Positions 16,980 to 25,185 of a DNA stretch of 64,000 bases are shown piece by piece. The stretch spans positions 186,001 to 250,000 of IMG/VR virus record IMGVR_UViG_3300046092_000062, one strand, 5' to 3'. Under the pieces are notes generated by a model that saw only the letters and a program-made list of their open reading frames with translations, ran no database searches and was not told the DNA's origin. A program made the translations under genes and the position numbers. Position 1 is the first letter of the stretch. Each line of letters starts with the position of its first letter.

Positions 16980-17162
16980 ATGAACTCTATCACAATCAAT
17001 GGTGCCGATAAGGCACTCGAAGCAGGCGGCTGGTGCAGAAAACAATTTGGTATTAAGGGATGGACAATAGACTTGAACAGTATGTTGGGCAACAATCCCA
17101 CGTATAGGTTTGATTTCTCTAGTCCCGCTGATGCTACACTATTTGCATTAAAATGGCGGTAA
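16980..17162 (+). CDS. LRW-family mini-protein II-1
   Basis: WCRKQFG; tail FSSPADATLFALKWR. Confidence 0.85.
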   Translation: MNSITINGADKALEAGGWCRKQFGIKGWTIDLNSMLGNNPTYRFDFSSPADATLFALKWR

Positions 17163-17410
17163 CTTTAGTCGTTCATGAATTTACACTAGGTGACGTAGAT
17201 GATCCCGAAATCTACGCAGCCGTGCCCTTGTATGAATGGCAATTGAGTGATGCCGGTAAATGGGTTATGGAAAATGCTATTGAAACTCCCCAGTGGGGCA
17301 GAATCAATGATCATCTCACGTACTCACTTCGTTACAGAGTAACTGCAAAGCTCAAAGATGAGGATGCAACCTTTTTCAAGTTAAAGTATGATCACACTAA
17401 CCGACGCTGA
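17153..17410 (+). CDS. LRW-family mini-protein II-2
   Basis: tail LKDEDATFFKLKY. Confidence 0.8.
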   Translation: MAVTLVVHEFTLGDVDDPEIYAAVPLYEWQLSDAGKWVMENAIETPQWGRINDHLTYSLRYRVTAKLKDEDATFFKLKYDHTNRR

Positions 17411-17615
17411 GTGGCGTAATATTAGAAATCAAATCAGAATTGAATACGCCGACAAGCCCAGTGTTTGGCTATTGCGCTCTGTAATGAAGCGTGAGTTAGG
17501 ATTTACTGACCGCCATCATCAAGTATACAGAGAACAAACAGGTTACATCACTACTGTCTACTTGGACTTCTTTAATGATGCAGCAGAAACAATGTTTAGA
17601 TTGAAGTACTTATAA
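17388..17615 (+). CDS. LRW-family mini-protein II-3
   Basis: tail FFNDAAETMFRLKYL. Confidence 0.8.
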   Translation: MITLTDAEWRNIRNQIRIEYADKPSVWLLRSVMKRELGFTDRHHQVYREQTGYITTVYLDFFNDAAETMFRLKYL

Positions 17616-17831
17616 TTGGAATTCATTGCACGTATACTGCCCAAGTTAATTGCTGGTGTCCTAAGCATTATGGATGCCAGTCGCTTGCGGGATAAAGTAT
17701 ACCAGCAACAACACGAGCATGAGTTGATGTGGACTGCACTAGATGATATCGCACGTATGCACCCAGATCATCCGTCAGGAAAAATGGCAAAGAAAACACT
17801 AGATGAAGTTACTACACGCTACGGTAGGTAG
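17616..17831 (+). CDS. hypothetical protein (non-LRW)
   Basis: 71-aa ORF abutting previous stop. Confidence 0.65.
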   Translation: MEFIARILPKLIAGVLSIMDASRLRDKVYQQQHEHELMWTALDDIARMHPDHPSGKMAKKTLDEVTTRYGR

Positions 17832-18219
17832 GTTTCAGGCATGGCGCCATGCACGTTACCTCAAAAAGAAGGGCTGGACCCAGCGCCAGTTTGACCTCAT
17901 CAACGATCCTGATTTTTGCGCACGTGGCAGCAGTATTCGTAAAGATGTCTATCGCGGCTATCCCTACTTAATCTCGTTTGACGACACAGTACCAATGGAA
18001 CGGCGATATGGTCAAGGATGGATCACCGTAGTTGATAATATGACAGCGTGGTGCGAAGCGAATGTTACAGGCAAATGGAGAGAAGATATCCTTGCAGTCG
18101 ACAAGAGTTGGGACGACGAATGGACGCAAGGGTGCATGGGCCTAAGCCACAACATTCTATTCTTTGCATTTAACAATGAGCAAGATGCAGTAATGTTTAG
18201 TCTATACTGGAGTGTGTAA
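17803..18219 (+). CDS. LRW-family protein II-4 with long N-terminal extension
   Basis: AWCEAN core; tail FNNEQDAVMFSLYWSV; start uncertain. Confidence 0.8.
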   Translation: MKLLHATVGRFQAWRHARYLKKKGWTQRQFDLINDPDFCARGSSIRKDVYRGYPYLISFDDTVPMERRYGQGWITVVDNMTAWCEANVTGKWREDILAVDKSWDDEWTQGCMGLSHNILFFAFNNEQDAVMFSLYWSV

Positions 18220-18437
18220 TGAACATCGAATTCAAACATCGCCCGGACCGATACTACGAGTGGGAAATGTACTACAGTCCACAGGGCCCCGAAATGGGCG
18301 AAGTATACGGTTGGTGCTGGGAAACATTCGGTCACCCAGGACTAGCATTAGGTAATGGAACTTGGGATAACCACGGCGGATGGATTAAGTTTCGCAGAGA
18401 AGAAGATATGACTATGTTTATGTTGAGGTGGAGCTAA
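18219..18437 (+). CDS. LRW-family mini-protein II-5
   Basis: WCWETFG; tail FRREEDMTMFMLRWS. Confidence 0.85.
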   Translation: MNIEFKHRPDRYYEWEMYYSPQGPEMGEVYGWCWETFGHPGLALGNGTWDNHGGWIKFRREEDMTMFMLRWS

Positions 18438-18703
18438 TGGAATTATTTTATGGTGGCGGCGGACGCAGTAACCCGGACTTTATACACAAGGTGCGGGTTA
18501 GCAAAAAACGTGCAGGTGATGTTAGTCCACTGATGAAGTGGTGCGACGATTACCCAACTGGTGATAAGGGCTACTTTAAACGCTACTACATCGATTGGCG
18601 TGGTGACACAAAGAGCTGGGATAGTGACTATGTTACATTCCAATTTGAATGGGAACAAGCTGCTATCATGTTTGCTCTAAGTTTTGCGGACAGCGTATGC
18701 TAA
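18437..18703 (+). CDS. LRW-family mini-protein II-6
   Basis: KWCDD; tail FEWEQAAIMFALSF. Confidence 0.8.
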   Translation: MELFYGGGGRSNPDFIHKVRVSKKRAGDVSPLMKWCDDYPTGDKGYFKRYYIDWRGDTKSWDSDYVTFQFEWEQAAIMFALSFADSVC

Positions 18704-18981
18704 CAACAGTAAGAATTTGGGTACTAGATCACAATGTTATCCCCGACCAATCCGATGTAGACTACTGCAAGAACAACGGCATACAACTAGACGCCCAGCA
18801 AGGTGAGCATCAGCGTATCGAAACTGGCAGCGGGCAGGTCTATCACTACCGCACCTCACCCGGGGTCATAAAGCTAACCACATTTGACGAGAAAAGCGAA
18901 TGTATGTTACAATTACGCTACGCAGGTAGAATCCATCTAATGCAACAAATTTACACCGAGTCTGTAACACATTCGTATTAA
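18697..18981 (+). CDS. divergent LRW-like protein II-7
   Basis: FDEKSECMLQLRY; similar to 2936. Confidence 0.65.
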   Translation: MLTTVRIWVLDHNVIPDQSDVDYCKNNGIQLDAQQGEHQRIETGSGQVYHYRTSPGVIKLTTFDEKSECMLQLRYAGRIHLMQQIYTESVTHSY

Positions 18982-19310
18982 TGAAAGTTCGTCTTAAAAA
19001 TGGCCGCATTGGAGAGCATCGCCTTAAGTGGGACAACAACCCAATGGGCATTGCGCCATTGCTAATAGGATCGGAGACTGTGGAATTGGATATCACTGAA
19101 CGAATTTACAACGGGCCCGACTGCTACCCGTGGCGCAAGACGTTTGCACTTTGGCCAGTTAAAACAATAGGTGGTAGCCGCATTTGGTTACGCACTGTTT
19201 ACAAACAACGATTCTGGGCAGTGTGGGGCAAAGGCTTTCACATGGAGCCCTGGGTTGAATATGCAACACTATTTGAGATTTTAAAACATGAACCTAAATC
19301 ATCTATCTGA
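18981..19310 (+). CDS. Trp-rich hypothetical protein (non-LRW)
   Basis: WRKTFALWPVKT.GG..IWL..VY. Confidence 0.75.
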   Translation: MKVRLKNGRIGEHRLKWDNNPMGIAPLLIGSETVELDITERIYNGPDCYPWRKTFALWPVKTIGGSRIWLRTVYKQRFWAVWGKGFHMEPWVEYATLFEILKHEPKSSI

Positions 19311-19764
19311 CGTAGAGCTGCTACGCTACTTGGATTTGACTAGCACTGATCCATTGGTTATTCGTTTGATCAACATGCTGTCTGCACCTAACGGTGGGCT
19401 TGTTGGTGATTTAGTGGAAGCAGGCATGGATCCTAACACATGGGTCTTTACAGACGATCACCAAGACTACTACCCCGGAGATTACATCACCCACTTGCAA
19501 AAGATGGTTGCCTACGCAGAAGATGACCGTGCGGTAGCCGAAATGGATTTAGCGGATGCTCGTGAAGAACTTGATAAGTTAAGTCGACGCACCGTTACAG
19601 AACTTCTAGTAGATGCGCAGCGGGCAATTGACTCTGCAAAATCCAATCACCTTTACGCAGTTAGAGAAGCTGAAAAAGCTCACGAAGTAATTGACAAGGT
19701 ACAAGCAGAGAATAGACATCTCAAAGAGCAATTGGGCATGTGGAATATTTTAGGGACAGAGTAA
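19288..19764 (+). CDS. coiled-coil hypothetical protein
   Basis: heptad-like C-terminal half. Confidence 0.75.
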   Translation: MNLNHLSDVELLRYLDLTSTDPLVIRLINMLSAPNGGLVGDLVEAGMDPNTWVFTDDHQDYYPGDYITHLQKMVAYAEDDRAVAEMDLADAREELDKLSRRTVTELLVDAQRAIDSAKSNHLYAVREAEKAHEVIDKVQAENRHLKEQLGMWNILGTE

Positions 19765-19765
19765 C

Positions 19766-20032
19766 ATGGACAACGTTATTCACAGCAACAAATATTTCCG
19801 ATTAACTAAATGGCGCCATCGCAAAAGCGACAAGGTGCATTATCGCGTTGAGATGACATACAGTTGGTTGAATCTGGACCAAGAAGCAGGGGAGAAAAGT
19901 TTTCCTGAGCAAGTTCGCGATGTAATCGACCCAACTCGTTGTCGTGCTGGGCAAGCTGGCAACCACTGGAAATACCGTAACTTAGAAGAAGCTACAAAAG
20001 CCTATACATTTTTAGTAATGAAATTCTCATGA
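19766..20032 (+). CDS. LRW-family mini-protein II-8 (divergent)
   Basis: tail YRNLEEATKAYTFLVMKFS. Confidence 0.7.
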   Translation: MDNVIHSNKYFRLTKWRHRKSDKVHYRVEMTYSWLNLDQEAGEKSFPEQVRDVIDPTRCRAGQAGNHWKYRNLEEATKAYTFLVMKFS

Positions 20033-20310
20033 GTTATAAACTTAAACTAGCACACAAGCATCACGATCAATTAGATCAAATTGAAGCATGGCTCAACGCT
20101 AACGTTGGCCCTGGTAGCAAACGACATGCAAACAACACCTGGCTCGGTGCCGAAGATTGGTACTGCTATGAAGAAGCACTAGTTCCGGGCAGCGAGGAAG
20201 AGGAAGAAGAGTATTACGACAACGATGACAATCTTGAAGATATTTCAGATTTGATCTTTGTATTCCGCCGCGAAAGCGATCTGTTAATGTTTAGTTTGAA
20301 ATGGGCATAG
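20029..20310 (+). CDS. LRW-family mini-protein II-9 with acidic insertion
   Basis: SEEEEEEYYDNDDNLED; tail FRRESDLLMFSLKWA; TAG stop. Confidence 0.85.
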   Translation: MSYKLKLAHKHHDQLDQIEAWLNANVGPGSKRHANNTWLGAEDWYCYEEALVPGSEEEEEEYYDNDDNLEDISDLIFVFRRESDLLMFSLKWA

Positions 20311-20311
20311 C

Positions 20312-20668
20312 ATGTCTAGTCCTTTTAAACTCACAGATCTCCCCAACAACACTTGGTCAGTAACATGGACCGAGAATAACTTTGCACATAATGCTAAACA
20401 GCGAGACAAGTTAGTAGATATTCTGTTTAGCGAAATTGGATGCCGCGACGTTGGCCTAGGCATTAAACTAAACAATGGCGAACTAGAAACACTGTGGATT
20501 GGTGAAAAAGAGTATTTTCAACGGTCCGACATAGCCCACGGATGGGAAGACATGTATGTTGTTCGTGGTGTTGTGTTCATTCACGAACACGAAGCTAGGG
20601 AGTTTCATCAATTGATGGAAAGTCGATTGGCTTGGTACTACTTAAAGCAAGGTGCAGCAGTTGCTTGA
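20312..20668 (+). CDS. divergent LRW-like protein II-10
   Basis: FIHEHEAREF followed by a helical extension. Confidence 0.65.
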   Translation: MSSPFKLTDLPNNTWSVTWTENNFAHNAKQRDKLVDILFSEIGCRDVGLGIKLNNGELETLWIGEKEYFQRSDIAHGWEDMYVVRGVVFIHEHEAREFHQLMESRLAWYYLKQGAAVA

Positions 20669-20879
20669 AATTCCATACCCAACCCTAATGAATGGCAGTC
20701 GCACGTTCTCTATGGAAACTCTACAAAAGTGGCTTGACGCACACTTTCCTCAAGAACGTTCCTGCATTGTCCGTGTTGCTATTGTTAACAAAGGGCCTGG
20801 GAGGTACGGCGACGAACGATGGGCGATTCGTTTTTATCGGGATGAAGATGCAACACTGTTTGGATTGTTATGGCAGTAA
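20652..20879 (+). CDS. LRW-family mini-protein II-11
   Basis: tail FYRDEDATLFGLLWQ; start GTG 20652 or ATG 20688. Confidence 0.8.
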   Translation: MQQLLEIPYPTLMNGSRTFSMETLQKWLDAHFPQERSCIVRVAIVNKGPGRYGDERWAIRFYRDEDATLFGLLWQ

Positions 20880-21127
20880 CCTATAAAACTAATCCGGGAT
20901 TCCCAGGTGTTAATTTTCCCGTGTTGCACCGTGTTGTCTATGCACACACCATCGATGGTGTCCCAGCACAATGGCAAATCAGCTACAAGGATTATATAGT
21001 CAATGAATGGCTTAAAGCAAACACACGCCATCCTTACTACCACAGTCCCGGGTATCTTCGTGAAAAGTTCATTGAGTTTGAATGTGATGAAGAAGCAGTG
21101 CTATTCGCACTAAAGTGGGCAAAGTAA
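20870..21127 (+). CDS. LRW-family mini-protein II-12
   Basis: tail FECDEEAVLFALKWAK. Confidence 0.85.
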   Translation: MAVTYKTNPGFPGVNFPVLHRVVYAHTIDGVPAQWQISYKDYIVNEWLKANTRHPYYHSPGYLREKFIEFECDEEAVLFALKWAK

Positions 21128-21357
21128 TGTACAGCAAGACTCACCGATTTTTTAAATTCAAACACGTTCCCAAGGACTTTATATGGGGCAGTGAGGAAAT
21201 TGACCTGTGCCGCCTGCACATTGGTGACAACCGTATCACGATGCCGCTTGTGGACCGCGAATGGTTTAGTTCGCCCGATGGTGTATGGATTCGACATGAT
21301 TGTCTGGATAACGAAATCATAACTTGGTTTGCACTGAAAGCAAGCAATGAAGTTTGA
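21127..21357 (+). CDS. LRW-family mini-protein II-13
   Basis: tail LDNEIITWFALKA. Confidence 0.75.
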   Translation: MYSKTHRFFKFKHVPKDFIWGSEEIDLCRLHIGDNRITMPLVDREWFSSPDGVWIRHDCLDNEIITWFALKASNEV

Positions 21358-21607
21358 ACTGCTAGAAGGGCGCATACACGGAGCCCGTTACTACACAGTT
21401 AGACCAGACTTTAATTGGTGGCTTTCGGGCAGCTTAAACAATACAAATGCCACCTGGCGTGATATGTTAGAATGGTGTGTAGAAGTATTCGGTCCTAGCG
21501 CAGAAATGGGTGTGTGGGAACCCGGTGCTCGTTGGTATGCTAACAATGCAAAGTTTTGGTTTCGTAATGCAGAAGATAGGACAGCGTTTTTGCTGAGATG
21601 GTCATGA
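21347..21607 (+). CDS. LRW-family mini-protein II-14
   Basis: EWCVEVFGP; tail FRNAEDRTAFLLRWS. Confidence 0.85.
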   Translation: MKFELLEGRIHGARYYTVRPDFNWWLSGSLNNTNATWRDMLEWCVEVFGPSAEMGVWEPGARWYANNAKFWFRNAEDRTAFLLRWS

Positions 21608-21837
21608 AACCAGACCTAGTCCAATTTTACTGCGAACGAGATCCCTATTACGCTAAATCACGTGAGTACTACATGATGAACGTAAATCATTACGAAACTC
21701 CTTATTACCTTTGGATGATACAGGAATATCGCACTGTGCTGTTAAACAAACAGGGTAGCTGGAGCGACAGGGCTGAACAGCATTGGGGCTTTATTAATGA
21801 ATCGGATAGAACAATTTTTATGTTGAGATGGTCATGA
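21604..21837 (+). CDS. LRW-family mini-protein II-15
   Basis: tail FINESDRTIFMLRWS. Confidence 0.85.
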   Translation: MKPDLVQFYCERDPYYAKSREYYMMNVNHYETPYYLWMIQEYRTVLLNKQGSWSDRAEQHWGFINESDRTIFMLRWS

Positions 21838-22064
21838 CAACTACTGTTGAATTTGGTAAAGATCGTTATCACTTACAGGGTGAAATGGAAGAATGGTGCG
21901 AGCACAATATTGGGTCTAATCCTCGTTATAGCAACCACGTTTGGTCCAAGCCAGTTGAGTGGGAAGGGTTAGGCACATGGTGCATGGCTAGTGCGTTTGG
22001 CACAACATTTTTCTACTTTAAACATCGCAAAGATGCAACCTTCTTTGCATTGAAATGGAAATAA
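21834..22064 (+). CDS. LRW-family mini-protein II-16
   Basis: EWCEHNIG; tail FKHRKDATFFALKWK. Confidence 0.85.
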   Translation: MTTTVEFGKDRYHLQGEMEEWCEHNIGSNPRYSNHVWSKPVEWEGLGTWCMASAFGTTFFYFKHRKDATFFALKWK

Positions 22065-22065
22065 T

Positions 22066-22428
22066 ATGGATGATCGGAATCTTTGGCACCTGCTATGTGA
22101 TTGGGTAAAATTTGGTAAGTTTATAGAATGGAAAGAATGGTTTTACTGGACCATTGTGCCTGGCACTAGCATTGGGGTCATTTGGCCAAATGGCCCAATT
22201 TCTCTGGGTTGTGATCCTGATGGCGAAGAGGTAATCGTCGACTCCGCTGATCCAAACGATCACTATCGCCCATGGTTAGAAGAGCATGTCGGGCGTCAGG
22301 GCATTGATTGGGAATGGAGAATGGGAACTTTTGGATTTTGGACAGATGAAATAGATACTCTAGACATTAAGTTTCGAGTGGGAAAGACAAAGTATGCTAC
22401 AATAGCAGCATTGATGTGGGGCCAATGA
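22066..22428 (+). CDS. LRW-family protein II-17, extended N-terminus
   Basis: WLEEHVG core; tail KYATIAALMWGQ. Confidence 0.75.
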   Translation: MDDRNLWHLLCDWVKFGKFIEWKEWFYWTIVPGTSIGVIWPNGPISLGCDPDGEEVIVDSADPNDHYRPWLEEHVGRQGIDWEWRMGTFGFWTDEIDTLDIKFRVGKTKYATIAALMWGQ

Positions 22429-22628
22429 GAACCAAAACTACAAGAGAACTATATCCGTACCATGTGCGCTTTAAGCGTACAGGAGATTGGTATGGCAATG
22501 ATGGTACTTGGTATCAAATTAGCACATGGCTTCGAGAACACTTTGGGCAGAATTGGGAATATCTTGACAGTATGTTTATGTTCTCTAAGGAAGAACACAA
22601 AATGCTTTTTATAATGAGATGGCTATGA
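22425..22628 (+). CDS. LRW-family mini-protein II-18
   Basis: WLREHFG; tail FSKEEHKMLFIMRWL. Confidence 0.85.
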   Translation: MRTKTTRELYPYHVRFKRTGDWYGNDGTWYQISTWLREHFGQNWEYLDSMFMFSKEEHKMLFIMRWL

Positions 22629-23044
22629 CAAAACGCAACACCGTAGTAATGGATATCGAAACCACAACAGCAGTAATGCCGCGTGGGTCTTCTTCTGTTT
22701 TTCAGGGCATCACAGGTGGAATACATCCTGGAGAAATGATGATTTATGCCGGGGGCAGACAAACTGGCAAGTCCACACTGTCTTACCATATATTAAAGAG
22801 CAGATACTACGAAATGGGCATCAAGGAACAAATCCAGACGTTGGATACGTTTACACTAGATGGTGCTACATGGTACACTGTACACTGTCGTCCTTCGACT
22901 ATTAGTGGGTGGGTGCAAGAGCAAGACTCCGATATGTGGTGCCGACACTACAACACAGGCGCACTGCGAGTTGAATACCCCACGTTTAACAACTACAACA
23001 TACACGAAGAACTGTATTCAATGTTATTGTTGAAATGGTCATGA
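22625..23044 (+). CDS. LRW-family protein II-19 with DnaB-like Walker A fragment
   Basis: GGIHPGEMMIYAGGRQTGKST; tail IHEELYSMLLLKWS. Confidence 0.8.
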   Translation: MTKRNTVVMDIETTTAVMPRGSSSVFQGITGGIHPGEMMIYAGGRQTGKSTLSYHILKSRYYEMGIKEQIQTLDTFTLDGATWYTVHCRPSTISGWVQEQDSDMWCRHYNTGALRVEYPTFNNYNIHEELYSMLLLKWS

Positions 23045-23406
23045 AAATCTTAAAACAAACTGTAGCAGCTAAGACTTGCACCCTCAAAGCCAATTGGACT
23101 ATTGATCGCTCAGCAGACAATAGCTTTACGATCGGTGATGATACGTGGCAAGAGGTTGGGGCAGCACTACGAAAAGAGATTGATGAAGAAATTGTTAACA
23201 ATATTAGAAGGCATGAGCTTATGTTAAAAGGATGGGTCAAGGCCCCGTTTACTAGCGACAAGTTTGCTACACCAGGCAACCACCAGATAGCAGAAGTTAC
23301 TGCATGGATTCACATGAACACCACGGCGCAATATCAAATCTTCGGCCGAGAGTTCTGGTTCTCAAGCAAGGAAGACTTAACACTGTTTGTACTGAGGTGG
23401 GCATGA
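23041..23406 (+). CDS. LRW-family protein II-20 with major-capsid (gp23-like) fragment
   Basis: ILKQTVAAKT..LKANWT...AAL.KEIDEEIV; tail FSSKEDLTLFVLRWA. Confidence 0.8.
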   Translation: MKILKQTVAAKTCTLKANWTIDRSADNSFTIGDDTWQEVGAALRKEIDEEIVNNIRRHELMLKGWVKAPFTSDKFATPGNHQIAEVTAWIHMNTTAQYQIFGREFWFSSKEDLTLFVLRWA

Positions 23407-23630
23407 GCTATACACTGTACCCCGACGAAGACATTCTAAAGAAGCAACGATATATCGTTAAGTACAGAGGGAGCCTGTATGGGCACCGCGACGAGATGCT
23501 TGCCTGGTGTGTAGAACAGTTTGGTCCACATTCACATGCCTACAAAAATCCACGATGGAGTGAAAACTGGGACCGATTCTGCTTTAAGAATGAAAGCGAC
23601 ATGATGCTGTTTATGTTGAGATGGTCATGA
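23403..23630 (+). CDS. LRW-family mini-protein II-21
   Basis: WCVEQFGP; tail FKNESDMMLFMLRWS. Confidence 0.85.
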   Translation: MSYTLYPDEDILKKQRYIVKYRGSLYGHRDEMLAWCVEQFGPHSHAYKNPRWSENWDRFCFKNESDMMLFMLRWS

Positions 23631-23893
23631 CAGATACAGATAAATTAGAGTGGTCAGATATTTGCCGCCATGAGCATAAGTGCAAGGGTGATGAATTGTT
23701 ATATCACACTGTGCCTAGCTATAGTGTATATGTCAGGGCATCTAAATGGTTGCGGGAAGAGCGTGGGTACAAGTTTATCAGCGTAGAGGGTGAAACGGAA
23801 GAACATAGTGCTGGTTGGCGTTACACGGGTAGGTATACTTTTAAGTTCTTGTGCGAGCAAGAGTATATGTGGTTTAAGTTGAGGTGGTCGTGA
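23627..23893 (+). CDS. LRW-family mini-protein II-22 (close paralogue of 8389)
   Basis: tail RYTGRYTFKFLCEQEYMWFKLRWS. Confidence 0.85.
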   Translation: MTDTDKLEWSDICRHEHKCKGDELLYHTVPSYSVYVRASKWLREERGYKFISVEGETEEHSAGWRYTGRYTFKFLCEQEYMWFKLRWS

Positions 23894-24180
23894 TGAGTAG
23901 ACCAGGTTTTAATTCACAAGAGTGGTTTCGGGCCAAGCATGACCCAAAACATGATATGGTACATGGCGATAGACTGTATTACGTTGAGCCAGGTTGCGAA
24001 TACGGGTTCAAAGAAGATGACGGATATGTGTGGAATCGCATAAGCTGTAGCTATTGGTTCGGGGACTGGATTGAAGAAAATGGCGGTGAGGGACGTTGGC
24101 GAGCATACGGCGGCAGGCATCGTGCTATCTACATTGTGCGCGAAGACCTACTAGCGTTTATTAAGTTAAAGTGGCTATGA
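23893..24180 (+). CDS. LRW-family mini-protein II-23
   Basis: DWIEENG; tail VREDLLAFIKLKWL. Confidence 0.8.
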   Translation: MSRPGFNSQEWFRAKHDPKHDMVHGDRLYYVEPGCEYGFKEDDGYVWNRISCSYWFGDWIEENGGEGRWRAYGGRHRAIYIVREDLLAFIKLKWL

Positions 24181-24377
24181 AATACTGGAACAAAGACAAA
24201 CGTGTTCGGCAAAACCATTGGTATACAATTACTTCGCCTACATGGTGGTCGTATGCTGATACTAAACTAGAGTTGCAGAGATTTGACAGTCCGGGTAAGT
24301 TTTATCTATATTACGGCAGTAGAACAATTTGGTTTGAGCGTGAACAAGACGCAGTATTTTTTAGATTGAAGATGTGA
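24177..24377 (+). CDS. LRW-family mini-protein II-24
   Basis: tail FEREQDAVFFRLKM. Confidence 0.8.
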   Translation: MKYWNKDKRVRQNHWYTITSPTWWSYADTKLELQRFDSPGKFYLYYGSRTIWFEREQDAVFFRLKM

Positions 24378-24378
24378 T

Positions 24379-24570
24379 ATGAAGCAATATGGCCTAGCGA
24401 TTGAACGTTGGGGGCATCCACGTAAGGCAACTATATGGCATTGGCTTAAACAAAACTTTGGCCCCGAGGGTGATCGTTGGGGCACACAGTATGACTACGG
24501 ACTGGACAATCTCTGGATGAATGAAGATGTTTACATCATGTATAAATTAAAATGGGAACAACATGACTGA
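24379..24570 (+). CDS. LRW-family mini-protein II-25
   Basis: WLKQNFGP; tail MNEDVYIMYKLKW. Confidence 0.8.
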   Translation: MKQYGLAIERWGHPRKATIWHWLKQNFGPEGDRWGTQYDYGLDNLWMNEDVYIMYKLKWEQHD

Positions 24571-24961
24571 TAAGAATACCTCAGATCAAATGAAAATCTT
24601 GATCCCAATGATCCGTAAGGTCATGCCCACAATGATCGCAACTGACATCATTGGTGTGCAGACAATGGATATGGGAATCGAACTTGAAACCGGGGAGACT
24701 TACGTGGATGAAGCCGCTAGTCATGCAACCGAAAACAACATCGTGGAATGGTATTGGGCACGATTGCCCCTGTCTGCAGGAGCATTCTGGAACATCAAAG
24801 GAACCCAGGCGCATTACAAACAAGTTGATGCATGGTGTGAAGAAACATTCGGACCACGCTGCTCCAACGAGCATCCTGAATTTATATGGGATAAAATTAA
24901 CTACCGTTATTGCTTTAAACATTCCGAAGATAGGACAGCATTCGTGCTGAAGTGGGGCTAA
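24563..24961 (+). CDS. LRW-family protein II-26 with major-capsid Gol-region fragment
   Basis: ILIPMIRKVMPTMIATDIIGVQTM; WCEETFGP; tail FKHSEDRTAFVLKWG. Confidence 0.85.
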   Translation: MTDKNTSDQMKILIPMIRKVMPTMIATDIIGVQTMDMGIELETGETYVDEAASHATENNIVEWYWARLPLSAGAFWNIKGTQAHYKQVDAWCEETFGPRCSNEHPEFIWDKINYRYCFKHSEDRTAFVLKWG

Positions 24962-24998
24962 TATTTCACGCTACGTACTGCCAACACAGTCCGAGCAA

Positions 24999-25175
24999 AT
25001 GGACGCATGGTTCAATGGCGGGCACTTAATTGTGCTAACAGACATTATGTATTGGAGCGCTCACTACCAAGACTTAGCAGACTGGTGTAAAGGAAACGAT
25101 TCCCAAGTGCAAGGAATGACAGTGGTAGTACCCAATGAAAAAGTATTAACTTTATTCTGCCTACGCTGGTCGTAA
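24999..25175 (+). CDS. LRW-family mini-protein II-27 (58 aa, missing from track)
   Basis: hand translation MDAWFNGG...ADWCKG...VPNEKVLTLFCLRWS. Confidence 0.75.
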   Translation: MDAWFNGGHLIVLTDIMYWSAHYQDLADWCKGNDSQVQGMTVVVPNEKVLTLFCLRWS

Positions 25176-25185
25176 TAAGTACAGT

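Larger units (their letters stand above)
4848..23893 (+). repeat. dispersed gene-junction motif TT(T/C)NNN(T/C)TGAG(G/A)TGGNCATGA
   Basis: e.g. identical 21-mers at 6038/7409 and 21817/23610; identical 25-mer at 6501/18408. Confidence 0.85.
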
